From positions 64,001 through 128,000 of the forward strand of contig OY820905.2 in NCBI GenBank assembly GCA_963555755.3: DNA of 64,000 nt, in the 5' to 3' direction. Within the stretch, counting starts at the first letter, position 1. Every line of letters starts with the position of its first letter. The position numbers and the translations under genes were made by a program. Shown in pieces: positions 32,131 to 41,889 of the stretch. This stretch comes from Nitrospirales bacterium (GTDB lineage Bacteria; Nitrospirota; Nitrospiria; Nitrospirales; UBA8639). The notes under the pieces were generated by a model, which worked only from the letters and a program-made list of their open reading frames with translations, searched no databases and was not told the origin of the DNA.

Positions 32131-32185
32131 TGTATTATATTTCGTAATAATTGCCTGTCAAGCAATTTATGAGAAATATAGTACA
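32131..32185 (-). promoter_or_regulatory. Consensus sigma70 promoter of abiE inside an inverted repeat (putative autoregulatory operator)
   Basis: TTGACA (32161-32156), 16 nt, TATAAT (32139-32134); IR arms at 32131-32143 and 32173-32185. Confidence 0.75.
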
Positions 32186-32266
32186 ATGTAAAAAATTGGT
32201 AGTTTGAGGCGGGCTTTGAGCTTTTAATGGAAAAACATTAATATTTTCAATATGTTGCAATCTATA

Positions 32267-32302
32267 CAGGTAGGCTAAGGTATCTATACCTTAGCCTACC
32301 TG
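32267..32302. repeat. Perfect 17-bp-arm palindrome
   Basis: CAGGTAGGCTAAGGTAT-CT-ATACCTTAGCCTACCTG. Confidence 0.9.
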
Positions 32303-32335
32303 CCTTCGAAACGACCGAGAAGAAGAATTTTTATC

Positions 32336-32539
32336 CCGGACGCCCTGTTACTGCCGCTTGCAGAGGCGATGGGCGACCTGATCTGCCACGCCGACTTCCA
32401 GCATGTGAAAATATGCGAGGATTCAACGTGCTCCTTATGGTTTCATGACGTCAGCAAGAATCATACGCGACGGTGGTGCAGCATGGCCGTGTGTGGCAAC
32501 CGAGCAAAAGCCGCGGCACACCGAGCTAAAAACCGGTAA
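32336..32539 (+). pseudogene. Second 3' fragment of a CGNR zinc-finger gene
   Basis: PDALLLPLAEAMGDLICHADFQHVKICEDSTCSLWFHDVSKNHTRRWCSMAVCGNRAKAAAHRAKNR*. Confidence 0.8.
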
Positions 32540-32680
32540 ACTTAAGCGGGAGCTTGGGTCTTTGCTAGGTTTTAAGGAAATGAGGGAACGGTCGGAATGA
32601 ATCAGCAAAAGGTTGGCCTCAACTTTCATATTGACGTGTGGTAGAGCAAGCCCTGGCCTCCATTCTCAAAATTAAGTTTG

Positions 32681-32864
32681 TAAAGGGGTCAATAAAGGGG
32701 TCAAATCTTTGGTTGATAGTTTCGGAAGATTGGAGACTTTGCATCTATAGCCTACTTGTTGGCAATACGCTTTCTCCTACACTCCTTATGGGGTTGGACT
32801 AGGAATAGAGTATTAGTCAACCAAAGATTTGACCCCTATTTTGACCCCTATTTTGACCCCTATT
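32681..32864. repeat. 148-bp element copy 4 (32693-32840) with reiterated 12-bp ends
   Basis: One extra TAAAGGGGTCAA on the left, two extra TTGACCCCTATT on the right. Confidence 0.95.
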
Positions 32865-33336
32865 CCTTCAAACATTTCGTTGAATTTCCATCATGCCATC
32901 CGACCCAAAGACCTTGTGGCGGCTCACTGATACCTACAATCACCAGAAGAAAGGCCTTCAGTTCATGCTTTGATTTCTTGAAGCATTCTGCAATGCTATT
33001 CAAGTCTTCCTGGGAGGGGGTCGGAAGTTCCTGGGGATGCGTATGCCAGTCACCAACATAGTGTAAACCGTCTAAAAAACAACTCTGGATTTCTTTGTTC
33101 TCTTCTTTGCGATCTGGAAGAAAGAAAAATCTACCTCTCCGGTCTTTAGGCCGCGTCCCGGTAGCCTTACAAACCTCAATATTTGAATTGGTTAATCTTG
33201 CGAAGAGCTGTCCACCCGTCTCCTTTGACCATCTCCAACGTTGCCGACTTTTTCTAAAATGCTTTAGTACTTCGTCGGTAAATAAAAGCGACCCATTTGA
33301 CCCGGCCAAAGTGTATGCCAACATTCTATTATCCAT
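32860..33336 (-). CDS. cap3: CBASS Cap3-like JAB/Mov34 isopeptidase
   Basis: ETGG..YVGDWHTHP..PSQED JAMM motif; operon position. Confidence 0.88.
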   Translation of the reverse strand: MDNRMLAYTLAGSNGSLLFTDEVLKHFRKSRQRWRWSKETGGQLFARLTNSNIEVCKATGTRPKDRRGRFFFLPDRKEENKEIQSCFLDGLHYVGDWHTHPQELPTPSQEDLNSIAECFKKSKHELKAFLLVIVGISEPPQGLWVGWHDGNSTKCLKE

Positions 33337-35155
33337 TACATAAGGGGCATTCGGGGTTAATTTCCCAATCAAAGCGGAGAACCCTCTCCCCATCGCCAAT
33401 ATCCCCGTGCTTGGTCAACCATTTTTCATTCCACTTTCCTCCTTTTTCTTTTACAGCTTTCCAATGGTTTACCCAAATTCTATGATGAGAACGCATGATT
33501 TTGTCTAAAAGAACATCAACCACAGTGTTGGCAATTAAACTATTGACGGGATTCATGGCGATAGAACCAAACTGTTGGTAAAATCCTCCACACCCCGGCT
33601 CTCGCTGATTTGTTGGCGGGGTTTCCCAACTGATCGGTGATAATTGGAACATTCCAAGTTCATTCATGCCGCAAACAAAACATCCGCCAATATCAAAGAC
33701 AGAAAGTGCGTGTCCTGCACAGGCGTAGGGTTCGACCCAGCCAAACACTACTGGGGGAAATCTTGGGCTACGGCGAGCAAGTAGATTCAATGCAACCTCA
33801 GAGGGCCAATTACCTATTGTTGAAACAATTACATTACAATCAGCGAATAACTGCTGATCCTGTTCATATGCGTTCTGCCATTTCATCCCCATTGCTGTAA
33901 CATTCAAGTGGGGGAATTTCCCCATTAGGCTTTTTTGCAAGCCCTCGGCTTTGTTCATACCGATAAAGTCTTTGCCTCCTAAATTATGTCGTCCAACATT
34001 ATCCCAAGTTAGCGTATCATGGTCGATCAAAGTCATTCGACCAATCCCCCCCTGAGCAAGTAACTCTGAGATCTGTGAACCTAAGGCTCCAGACCCAATT
34101 AGAATTACACTTTTGTTGATAAACTTACTCTGGCTTTCCTCACCTCCCCTAGTATGGATCCAGTTACGATCACATCTCTGGACCTTCCGCCGATCTATGG
34201 CCCCTTCCGGTGTTAGGTATCGATTTGCCAAAATACTCGCAGGAATTTTTGAAACTTTTCCAGGCCGGAATCCCTTACTTATAGGGTTCGTCGTCTTCCG
34301 GTTAGGGATTGAGTGTGTTGGAGGGGAGGACCATAAACTAGTAATAACCGGCCCCTCTTTTGTGTCAAACCCGAAAACTACTGGAAATCCATCCGGGCTA
34401 GACTTTATGACCTTTGCGAGGATGTTGAGACTAGTTTCTCCGGTCGCTTGCGCTAGTTTCCGGAGATCGGAATTATTAGCGGGATAATTTTCAGGATAGA
34501 GAGGTTCATCAAGCCACAACAGAATTGCCGGTCGGAATTTTAAGTCTAGATCTGCTGCTCCTCCAAAAAATCTACCTAGCCATTGCTTTCCTTTTGCGGA
34601 GGTCTCAGTCGAAAATAGAATTTTCTGTCCTTTCCAATAGACAATTTCCCGCGTTGGTCCTGAGGGGCGGAGTGCACTCCACAAACGCGTTGTCTTGCTT
34701 TCTATTCCAGAGTTCCAATAACTAAGGAATTCGGTAGCGAAATCGATTCGGTTAGTCCCCTCTAGACAATCCTTTATTAGCGATTTAGCTTCTTCTAGGA
34801 GATGTGTTACTAATCTCGCATCATTAGAAATTTGGAATGTAGAATGTTCGGGAACCAAACACAATTTTTCATTTTTTTCGACATGCGGCCATTTCAGAAA
34901 GCGTTTTGAACCGATAAGGAAAAGGTTGGGAAGAGAAAAGGGAAACTCCCTATCAGTTATGATATCAAGTTCGATGGACTGCTGATTTACTTCAATAGTA
35001 GTTCTCCACCCACTTGTTGCTAAAGAATCCTCATAGGCTCCCAGCTCGGCTTCAGAGAGGATTCTTCCTGGCGGAATTTGATTCTGCATGAAATCATTTA
35101 GAGCACCAATGGCTTGCCGTGCTAAGACCGGGAATAACCACTGAGGTTTAGCCAT
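33329..35155 (-). CDS. cap2: CBASS Cap2-like E2-E1 (ThiF) fusion
   Basis: FPFSLP..WPHVE..LCL E2 domain; IGSGALGS, DHD, NVGRH and NKA ThiF motifs; CxxC zinc pairs. Confidence 0.88.
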   Translation of the reverse strand: MAKPQWLFPVLARQAIGALNDFMQNQIPPGRILSEAELGAYEDSLATSGWRTTIEVNQQSIELDIITDREFPFSLPNLFLIGSKRFLKWPHVEKNEKLCLVPEHSTFQISNDARLVTHLLEEAKSLIKDCLEGTNRIDFATEFLSYWNSGIESKTTRLWSALRPSGPTREIVYWKGQKILFSTETSAKGKQWLGRFFGGAADLDLKFRPAILLWLDEPLYPENYPANNSDLRKLAQATGETSLNILAKVIKSSPDGFPVVFGFDTKEGPVITSLWSSPPTHSIPNRKTTNPISKGFRPGKVSKIPASILANRYLTPEGAIDRRKVQRCDRNWIHTRGGEESQSKFINKSVILIGSGALGSQISELLAQGGIGRMTLIDHDTLTWDNVGRHNLGGKDFIGMNKAEGLQKSLMGKFPHLNVTAMGMKWQNAYEQDQQLFADCNVIVSTIGNWPSEVALNLLARRSPRFPPVVFGWVEPYACAGHALSVFDIGGCFVCGMNELGMFQLSPISWETPPTNQREPGCGGFYQQFGSIAMNPVNSLIANTVVDVLLDKIMRSHHRIWVNHWKAVKEKGGKWNEKWLTKHGDIGDGERVLRFDWEINPECPLCNG

Positions 35156-36170
35156 ACCGACCGCCACCCTCTTTTCTTACAGGCGCGCTAGGTTGATCAC
35201 CAGTCACCGTTATATTCGTCGGTCCTGAACCCTTATCGTCTTCTTTGATAAAACTGTCAAAAAAATCTGTATTGAAAACTTTCCCCCAGGCTTTCAACGC
35301 TGCCTTTTTTGTGCAGTCATTGTCGTGTAAAACCTTTAACCAATCTACAGCCTTCTCCAGTTGTGTCCTAAGTTCAATCATCTTTGGATCGTTATCCGTC
35401 TTTGTGAGCGGCTCATCTACAACAGGGTGGCGAACCGTAAGGTTTAATTGGAGCCGCGAGTAAACGCCCTGGATTGTGTCATGGAAGCTTTTATCGTCTC
35501 GGCTGGCTTCAGCCCTGTATCGTTCATCGACTAATACTGACAAGATAAAGCCACTGGGCATGCTCCATGATTCACGGCTTTTGGCAAATGCCTTAAGGAG
35601 GCGGACAACACGACGCATTTGTCGTCTTTCCCCAGCTTCATCTGGACTTTTGGTCTTTACTTGCCTAGTGAACCATTCCGTAACTGCCTTGGGATTTGAC
35701 TCCCGCCATTCGACGCTAGCCAATTCTAATTTAGTGTTTCCCCAGTCATCGGTTTTCTCTCGATAGGAGGGGATGTCGACGTTATGCCCCTCTTGATAAT
35801 ACACGCGAACACAATTTGTTCTGACTTCAGGCGGTCTATTGAACTTTTCATCTTGCACTGCTTCGCACACCATCTGTCGAACTTGAAGTGGAGTAAGTTC
35901 TGCACCTTTTGGGCCGCGCAATTCATCAGCCTTGAATACAACACCGTCATCGATATCATAGTCGTTCTTGGGTTGTTGAATAATCGTGGCCATGTCATAA
36001 GAGCCCTGAATTAGAAACGCTTGTGGCGTTGGTTTTTGATTTTCTTTTAGACCCTTAGTGACTCTCTCTCGATTGGCATCTCTATGTTCTCGTAGTTTGT
36101 CCTGGGTTTTCTCCGGAAGCCGTACTTCCTCATTATGGTAGGAATAAATTTCTTTTGAGCAATTAAACAT
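35148..36170 (-). CDS. CD-NTase (cGAS/DncV-like cyclic nucleotide synthase)
   Basis: QGSY..T..DYDIDDG, CVRV..VDIP, SNPK and VRLLK motifs; C-terminal GGGRYG. Confidence 0.9.
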   Translation of the reverse strand: MFNCSKEIYSYHNEEVRLPEKTQDKLREHRDANRERVTKGLKENQKPTPQAFLIQGSYDMATIIQQPKNDYDIDDGVVFKADELRGPKGAELTPLQVRQMVCEAVQDEKFNRPPEVRTNCVRVYYQEGHNVDIPSYREKTDDWGNTKLELASVEWRESNPKAVTEWFTRQVKTKSPDEAGERRQMRRVVRLLKAFAKSRESWSMPSGFILSVLVDERYRAEASRDDKSFHDTIQGVYSRLQLNLTVRHPVVDEPLTKTDNDPKMIELRTQLEKAVDWLKVLHDNDCTKKAALKAWGKVFNTDFFDSFIKEDDKGSGPTNITVTGDQPSAPVRKEGGGRYG

Positions 36171-36260
36171 TCACTATCCTCCTCTACCTAAGTGTATCTT
36201 CCAGATTTTTCTGGTCAAGAAACGCAAAACCTGACTTCAGAAGAACTGCATTTGTCTGTG

Positions 36261-37343
36261 TTAACGGGAAGCCGAGGGGATTTCATTGAAAATCCTAAGC
36301 AAGCACTCTCCCTTCGGGTCACTAGTATCATGTGCTAGTCGGTGGGCAATATCTGCATCGGTTTTTCCGAGTTCACTTAAAACATCGATAGCTTGGTCTG
36401 TCGCTTTATCAAGAGCCAAATGGACAACCTGAGACGGAGAAGGTGGGGATTGTGGAAGGCGAACAATCCTACAGGGCCTATTCAAATGGCGTGCTAGGAA
36501 CTCAGCCATAAAATTATAACCAGCGGACTGCGAGTCAAGTGCAACAGAAAGAGCCTTTGCTCCGAAATGCCATTGAAATACCCCCCAAGAGACGGCATCT
36601 TTATCCAGTGCTTGTCCTTCTGGAGGGGCGCATGTACCAATTGACAGAATTTCTATAGGTCGATTTTTTGGTGCTAACTCGAGAGCTTCAATCATTCCAA
36701 TCAGAACAGGATTGTTGGCCCATAGGCCACCATCGACAAAAGTGCGTATGTGAACAGAATCGTCTGGGTCTGGGATTGCCGCAATTGGGAGAAACATGGG
36801 AGCAGCACTGGTCGCGAGACAGATATCAACAAGTTTGTAGTTGTTATCTCTTGTCTTTGAAGAAACGTGTGGTGTCTTAAAAACCCAACTTTTCTGAGTG
36901 GCCATGTTCACAGCAGGGATACAAAGCGCGATCTTTCTTTCTATGAAAAGTCCCTCAAGGGTTTGGTCAGCAAAGAACTCAAAGAGGGCGTTTGTTAACG
37001 GGGTGACTTCACTAGAAGCATTTTTTGCGTTTCTTAAAACCCATTTCAGAAGGCTGAAACCTGTCTGGGGAATTGGGTCGGTGAATATTTTTGGGCCAAT
37101 TTCTCGGTAAAGTGTTACTAACTGAGCAAGGGGAATCCCTTTAGCTAATCCACAGGCCAGAATTCCGCCGGTACTGGTTCCCGTGATAAGATCAAACCCT
37201 TTCCCGACATCTAGTTCATGGACCTTACGACTCCCTGAGAAACGGGTTGCCAATGTTTGTAACAAGGTGGCTGTATAAAGCCCTCTCATGCCGCCACCGT
37301 CTAAAGAAAGTACGCGGTAGGGATGGTTATCAATAGCCGACAT
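36261..37343 (-). CDS. Patatin-like phospholipase CBASS effector (CapV-like)
   Basis: DGGGMRG, GTSTG, TSAAP and DGGLWANNP motifs; directly upstream of the CD-NTase. Confidence 0.9.
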   Translation of the reverse strand: MSAIDNHPYRVLSLDGGGMRGLYTATLLQTLATRFSGSRKVHELDVGKGFDLITGTSTGGILACGLAKGIPLAQLVTLYREIGPKIFTDPIPQTGFSLLKWVLRNAKNASSEVTPLTNALFEFFADQTLEGLFIERKIALCIPAVNMATQKSWVFKTPHVSSKTRDNNYKLVDICLATSAAPMFLPIAAIPDPDDSVHIRTFVDGGLWANNPVLIGMIEALELAPKNRPIEILSIGTCAPPEGQALDKDAVSWGVFQWHFGAKALSVALDSQSAGYNFMAEFLARHLNRPCRIVRLPQSPPSPSQVVHLALDKATDQAIDVLSELGKTDADIAHRLAHDTSDPKGECLLRIFNEIPSASR

Positions 37344-37752
37344 GAGAAATCTTCACAAATTTGGAATTTTGCTTCCCAAAAATTAAATAAAGCTATGAAA
37401 AACTACCTGGTCATGACTTGTCTGGACCCATTTAAATTAGAGATAAATATTTCTAATGACTTTTCTAAGTTATTGAAAAATTTAACTTGAGTTAGATTTG
37501 AATGAATTGTCTTGGCAGGTTCTACTGTCATTCCCTAAATGCTACCTAAACCTAGGGGTAAAAGGAAAGGGGCAGAAATTGATTCCCGATTAAGGCTGTT
37601 TGAAAAGATCAGTAGAGGAATGGACCGTGACGATCACTGATTTAGACGTGGGGGTGTTGCTTTTGTCGGCGACGCTGTCGATAGGGACGAGGACGTAGGC
37701 TTCAGGGAAGTAGGTTGCCACGCAGGTGCGGGAAATGGGTTAGAAAAAAGAA

Positions 37753-37810
37753 AAAGTGGTCAAATCTTTTGTTGATGGTTGTGGATCGTTTGGCAATACC
37801 CCTCCCATCC
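37753..37810. repeat. Degenerate left end related to the 148-bp element
   Basis: GGTCAAATCTTTTGTTGATGG...TTGGCAATAC. Confidence 0.55.
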
Positions 37811-37893
37811 ACAAAGACTCAGGTAAATCTTCGTGGGCGGCGACTTGGTCGCCGCCCACTCTCACTTTTACGATTGAATGCGCATAAGAAGAC

Positions 37894-38078
37894 CTAGGAC
37901 CTCTCTACGATATCCTTCTGCAACGAGCCGATAATTCCCATGAGTTCTTTCTGTTCCTGTCTGGGGACCTTGAATTTTCTCAAGGTGGCTTTCAGATGCC
38001 CCGCGACGATATTGAATTCTTTCTCGGAAATACGCATGCCTGTATGCGCACCCTTCATATCCTGCCCTGGGTATTTGG
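37894..38078 (-). pseudogene. C-terminal fragment of a third truncated haemoglobin
   Basis: YPGQDMKGAHTGMRISEKEFNIVAGHLKATLRKFKVPRQEQKELMGIIGSLQKDIVERS*. Confidence 0.8.
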
Positions 38079-38127
38079 GTCGGGGTTCAGGTCTTTCCGT
38101 GCCACATATACTTCGAAAAGGTAGAGT

Positions 38128-38346
38128 TTATCTGCTTGGCTTAAGGCATTCTTCAATGAACTGAATCAAATCCTTGATGTCCCCGTTATCAGCTTTTTTC
38201 ATCGCCGTGATGTATTGTTCGCAAATCTCGTTCCCCTCAGCCATGAGTTGAATTTGCGGCCATTGGGGAATGGGGAGTTGACGCGAGTGGAAGAAAGTAT
38301 CGGTGATGAGTCTTGCATGTCGTCCGTTCCCATTGGTGAAGGGGCC
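38128..38346 (-). pseudogene. C-terminal fragment of a Fic-domain gene
   Basis: PFTNGNGRHARL; catalytic His and N-terminus missing. Confidence 0.75.
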
Positions 38347-38436
38347 AATACTCAATCGACCAGCAGAGCCTGGTCGGGAGAAATAGGGTCAGATCTTGCG
38401 CTGCCACATTTCCATTTTAATAAGGGGAAGTGCTCC

Positions 38437-39514
38437 ATCAAGAACTTTCGTAGACTTGTGCGAAGAAGTCAGCGAATTCTTCTATTGACGTCCCGGTCGT
38501 ATTTTTCGGCGTACGGTTGACAGCCATAATACCATCATTAAGGGCATGGCTTAGCTCGACCAATTGGTCGCTGGCCTTGTCACTCATTCCGAAATCCATG
38601 AGGGGAATGTTGAAAAAAGCCGCCAGCGGCGTTCTCGCCCTTTTGCCGTGCTCACGTACAAAGTGTACGCTCCGCGCGTCAAAACGGCTGCGGCCTTGCT
38701 GGACGGACTTTTTTGAACATTCCCTCTACCTGATGATGTCCGTCCTTTCAGGGGTCTTTATTGGCCATCGGAGTGAATTATTCAACAGTCCCATGAGTCC
38801 TTTTTTCTCATCTTCTGGAGAGAATTGCACATATCCTAAATCCGGTTTGCCGATTTTCTCGCCGAAGACTTTGGTCACCTCGTTCATCGTCACATCGCGC
38901 TCACCCAGCAATTCGTGAGTGGCCTTGCCAGAAAAATCTTTTTTCCGCAGATGTTCCGCTGCAGCCGGCGCGATGTCTTTCGTTGCGATCATGGGCATTT
39001 TTCTATCACCTTTTATGCCACCGCCGTTCATGCCCATGTTTTTGATCATGCCGATGTTTGCTAACAAGTTTTCCATAAAATACGTGGGTCGGAGATGGAG
39101 CACATTGACATCATCCAGGGTGTTGAGTTTTTGTTCGACATCGTGCAAGCCTTTGATGGGGCCGGTTTTGTCCGGCAAGTGTGCACCATGGCTGCTTAGA
39201 AACACCACATGCTTGACGCCAGACTCCTGTATCGCCTTGATGATATTGTCACCCACCTCGTTGTAGTATTTTCGGAAATCCTTTGTCTGATAATCCGGCG
39301 GGAGCATGGCAAAAACCGCGTCGGCGTCCTTAAAGGCTTTTGTTAAAAAGCCTACATCTGCAATATCGCCAACTGCTGCAATCGCTCCACGATCAACAAA
39401 CGGTTGTAGTCGCTCGGTAGAGCGGCCGATGACTGTGACCTTCTCACCCTTGTCGAGAAACATATTCGCTAATTTACTGCTGATATTCCCCGTCGCACCC
39501 ATGATGACGTACAT
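38437..39514 (-). pseudogene. NmrA-family NAD(P)-binding protein interrupted by a MITE
   Basis: GATGNI and LRPTYFMEN motifs; after KGLM the gene resumes beyond the MITE as DFGMSDKASDQ, with a later frameshift, to ...QVYESS*. Confidence 0.85.
38603..38792. mobile_element. 190-bp MITE with 5-bp DR ATGAG
   Basis: TIR GGGA(A/C)TGTTGAA; removing it restores the NmrA frame. Confidence 0.8.
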
Positions 39515-39619
39515 CGTCTATTCCTCCTGAATTTTGATTCGGTTACAATGTCACAGTCATCCAATGGTCCGGCCATCCGTCAGTTGAAGGAATGGCCGAT
39601 GGGTTGAATCAGTTTGCCA

Positions 39620-40852
39620 TCAACACGGACGGTCAGCACCCACGGGTTTCCCGCTATCGATTTTTGGTACTTCCGGTGGTGTCGTGAAATGAGCCGCCGC
39701 GATGCGAAATAGAGAACGCTGGCCAAATCTGTTCCAGAGCAAGCGTTGCACGTACACTAACTTGGGATTGTGCTCCTCTTCTTCGATAAGGGCTCGGGCG
39801 ACAATCTGCCCCCACTCCTGGCCTTCTTTTGGGCTTCCCTCACGATCGACGGTATCTTTGTACTTTTCATGCAACGCTTCAAGTGTGGCTCGGGTTGGAA
39901 CTTCCCCGCGAGAAAAAATAATTGCCAGCATTGCGGTCCAATAGCATTTGATGGCGCGTTTCTGCTGGTCGATGGGCAACCGGTTTGCGATTTGTTCCAT
40001 CGCATACAGCGACGTGATCAGGTGGAGAATCAGGAAGTCTCCCGGCTTGGTCATGAACAGCAGCGTCACGGCTTCATAGAGGCCTTTCCAAATGGTGGCC
40101 ATGTCCTGATCCCCAATCCAGGCTGGTGTTTCGTGGATCAGCGGGTGACCCTCGGCCAACACCTTGGCCACGTTGAACTGCGTTCCTGTGACGGCGAGCT
40201 CGGGATGAAAACCTGCGGATGCGCCGTACTTGTCGTCGGTGAGCGTTGCGTCGAGCCAACCGTGGAGCGCTTCGTAATCGGCTTCCCACGCGTCTGTAAT
40301 GCGGAGGACGGAGTCCAGCACTGCCGTTTCTTTCACCGGGCCACGCGTCGGGGAATACGTCCTGTCTGGGTTGCACGAGAGGAACGAGAACGCCATGTAA
40401 GCCAGGCCTTCGATGATCATCCACCGATTTCCGGAATCCAATGCCCAACCTAGGTGTATGGTCCCGTGCATGAGTGAGCCCACGCAGCCTGGCAGAAGGA
40501 TGGGCACGTATTCTCTCAGCAGTCGGTCCATTCCCAGTTCCTGCTCCTTCTGATCAAAAAACTCACAGTAGGAGGTGAAGCTGCAGTGCTGCCCAAAGTA
40601 CACCTGCCAGTTGTCTTGGGTGATGTTGTGCTCTGAGGATCTCGCCCGCTCCAAGCCATAGCCATAGGTCGTGCACTTTGCGTAGGAGTCGTAATATTCC
40701 TGGATCCTTTGCGGCGATGCCCCAAGACGATTGAGGGCGATCACCGCATGCTTTACGTGGTTGGATAAGAAGCCGTTGAACTCGATGTGGTAAGACTGAT
40801 CGTTGAGCAGCGCCTCCACGACGTTCGATGTCTTTTGTTCATCTGTGGACAT
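39620..40852 (-). CDS. Questin oxidase family (DUF4243-like) protein
   Basis: NHVKH, HGTIHLGWA, FLILHLITS and EEHNPK His motifs. Confidence 0.75.
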   Translation of the reverse strand: MSTDEQKTSNVVEALLNDQSYHIEFNGFLSNHVKHAVIALNRLGASPQRIQEYYDSYAKCTTYGYGLERARSSEHNITQDNWQVYFGQHCSFTSYCEFFDQKEQELGMDRLLREYVPILLPGCVGSLMHGTIHLGWALDSGNRWMIIEGLAYMAFSFLSCNPDRTYSPTRGPVKETAVLDSVLRITDAWEADYEALHGWLDATLTDDKYGASAGFHPELAVTGTQFNVAKVLAEGHPLIHETPAWIGDQDMATIWKGLYEAVTLLFMTKPGDFLILHLITSLYAMEQIANRLPIDQQKRAIKCYWTAMLAIIFSRGEVPTRATLEALHEKYKDTVDREGSPKEGQEWGQIVARALIEEEEHNPKLVYVQRLLWNRFGQRSLFRIAAAHFTTPPEVPKIDSGKPVGADRPC

Positions 40853-40931
40853 GCTGTCTCCTTCCTTGTCTAAAAGCTTGTCGTGATGCCTTGTGGTGTC
40901 ATATCCCTAGATTAGTTGGGCATCAAACACT

Positions 40932-41528
40932 TTACTTTCTCTTATAGGTGATCTCGAACAGCTTCCTTTCAGTGTCACCGGGGTGAGTCCCATACATGTC
41001 AAACGTCTGGGTATTCGCATCCACCAACTTCCATACTGTCCGATGGCTCATGTGTCCTCCACCCGGTGTTTCGTGTTGTCCTGTGAGGTTGATGGTTCTG
41101 CCATCGGGACTGGCCGTACCTTCCATCAGAAAAATTCCTGTAGCCATTGTATCCATCCAGGCTGTGACATATTTTTTCCGAATATTGTCGTAGGCGTCGA
41201 TCCCAATCCCGGAAAATGGTTTGCCCATCATCTGGCCTGTGAATTCCTGGTAGAGAAAGCGGCCGTTCAGTAACATCTTCATTTCGGCGGTTCCAGTTGA
41301 TTCCATTGGGGGCTTGCCCGGCTCCATCCATTCTTTCATGTGAGTCGTCCAGCTCCCGGCCAGGCTGGCGAATAGCTTATGCGGCTCTCCAGGCGTGGCC
41401 AGCTTTTGGTACATCTCCATCATGGCCTGCATATCCATCTGCATTTCAGAATTCTTTTCTTTGGCTAGTCCAGGAACCGTGGTTATGATCATGAACAAAC
41501 AGGTGAGTGTGATGAATGTGAAACGCAT
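40932..41528 (-). CDS. DUF1579 family exported protein
   Basis: Signal peptide; PGEPH..LAGSW, GRFL and YDN..YVTAWMD motifs. Confidence 0.8.
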   Translation of the reverse strand: MRFTFITLTCLFMIITTVPGLAKEKNSEMQMDMQAMMEMYQKLATPGEPHKLFASLAGSWTTHMKEWMEPGKPPMESTGTAEMKMLLNGRFLYQEFTGQMMGKPFSGIGIDAYDNIRKKYVTAWMDTMATGIFLMEGTASPDGRTINLTGQHETPGGGHMSHRTVWKLVDANTQTFDMYGTHPGDTERKLFEITYKRK

Positions 41529-41889
41529 TGATGCCTCCCTGTGGTTGACATTATTCGGTGATGGTCTTTTCACTGAAACGATACTCGCATGATTGTCCCA
41601 CGCTCAAGGCACAACTCAAGGGTGTCTTTTCTTGTATCCCGCGAGGTCATGCTCGTGTCTTGACTTTCTGAGACATCCATTAATTATACCTGGTCCCGTT
41701 GAAATATGAGAGGCAGCTTCGAAAAAATTTCAATCTAGAAATATTGGGGGAGGAGGAAATATTTAAGAAAGTTTTGATCGGTGGAAAGGTTGATGCGGAA
41801 GGAAAGAGCGAATCAGGTTTAGCTTGCTCTGTCCTTCCGCCTTATTAAATAGGCCAAGGGTTGCCCCAAGGCAATGGTAGCCTTTTCTT

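Noticed and set aside
24386..32864. 148-bp repeats as a CRISPR array or integron attC sites
   Set aside because: Units are too long, spacing is irregular (0.4-4.9 kb), there are no cas or integron integrase genes in the window, no GTTRRRY/RYYYAAC cores were seen, and the intervals are gene fragments rather than whole cassettes
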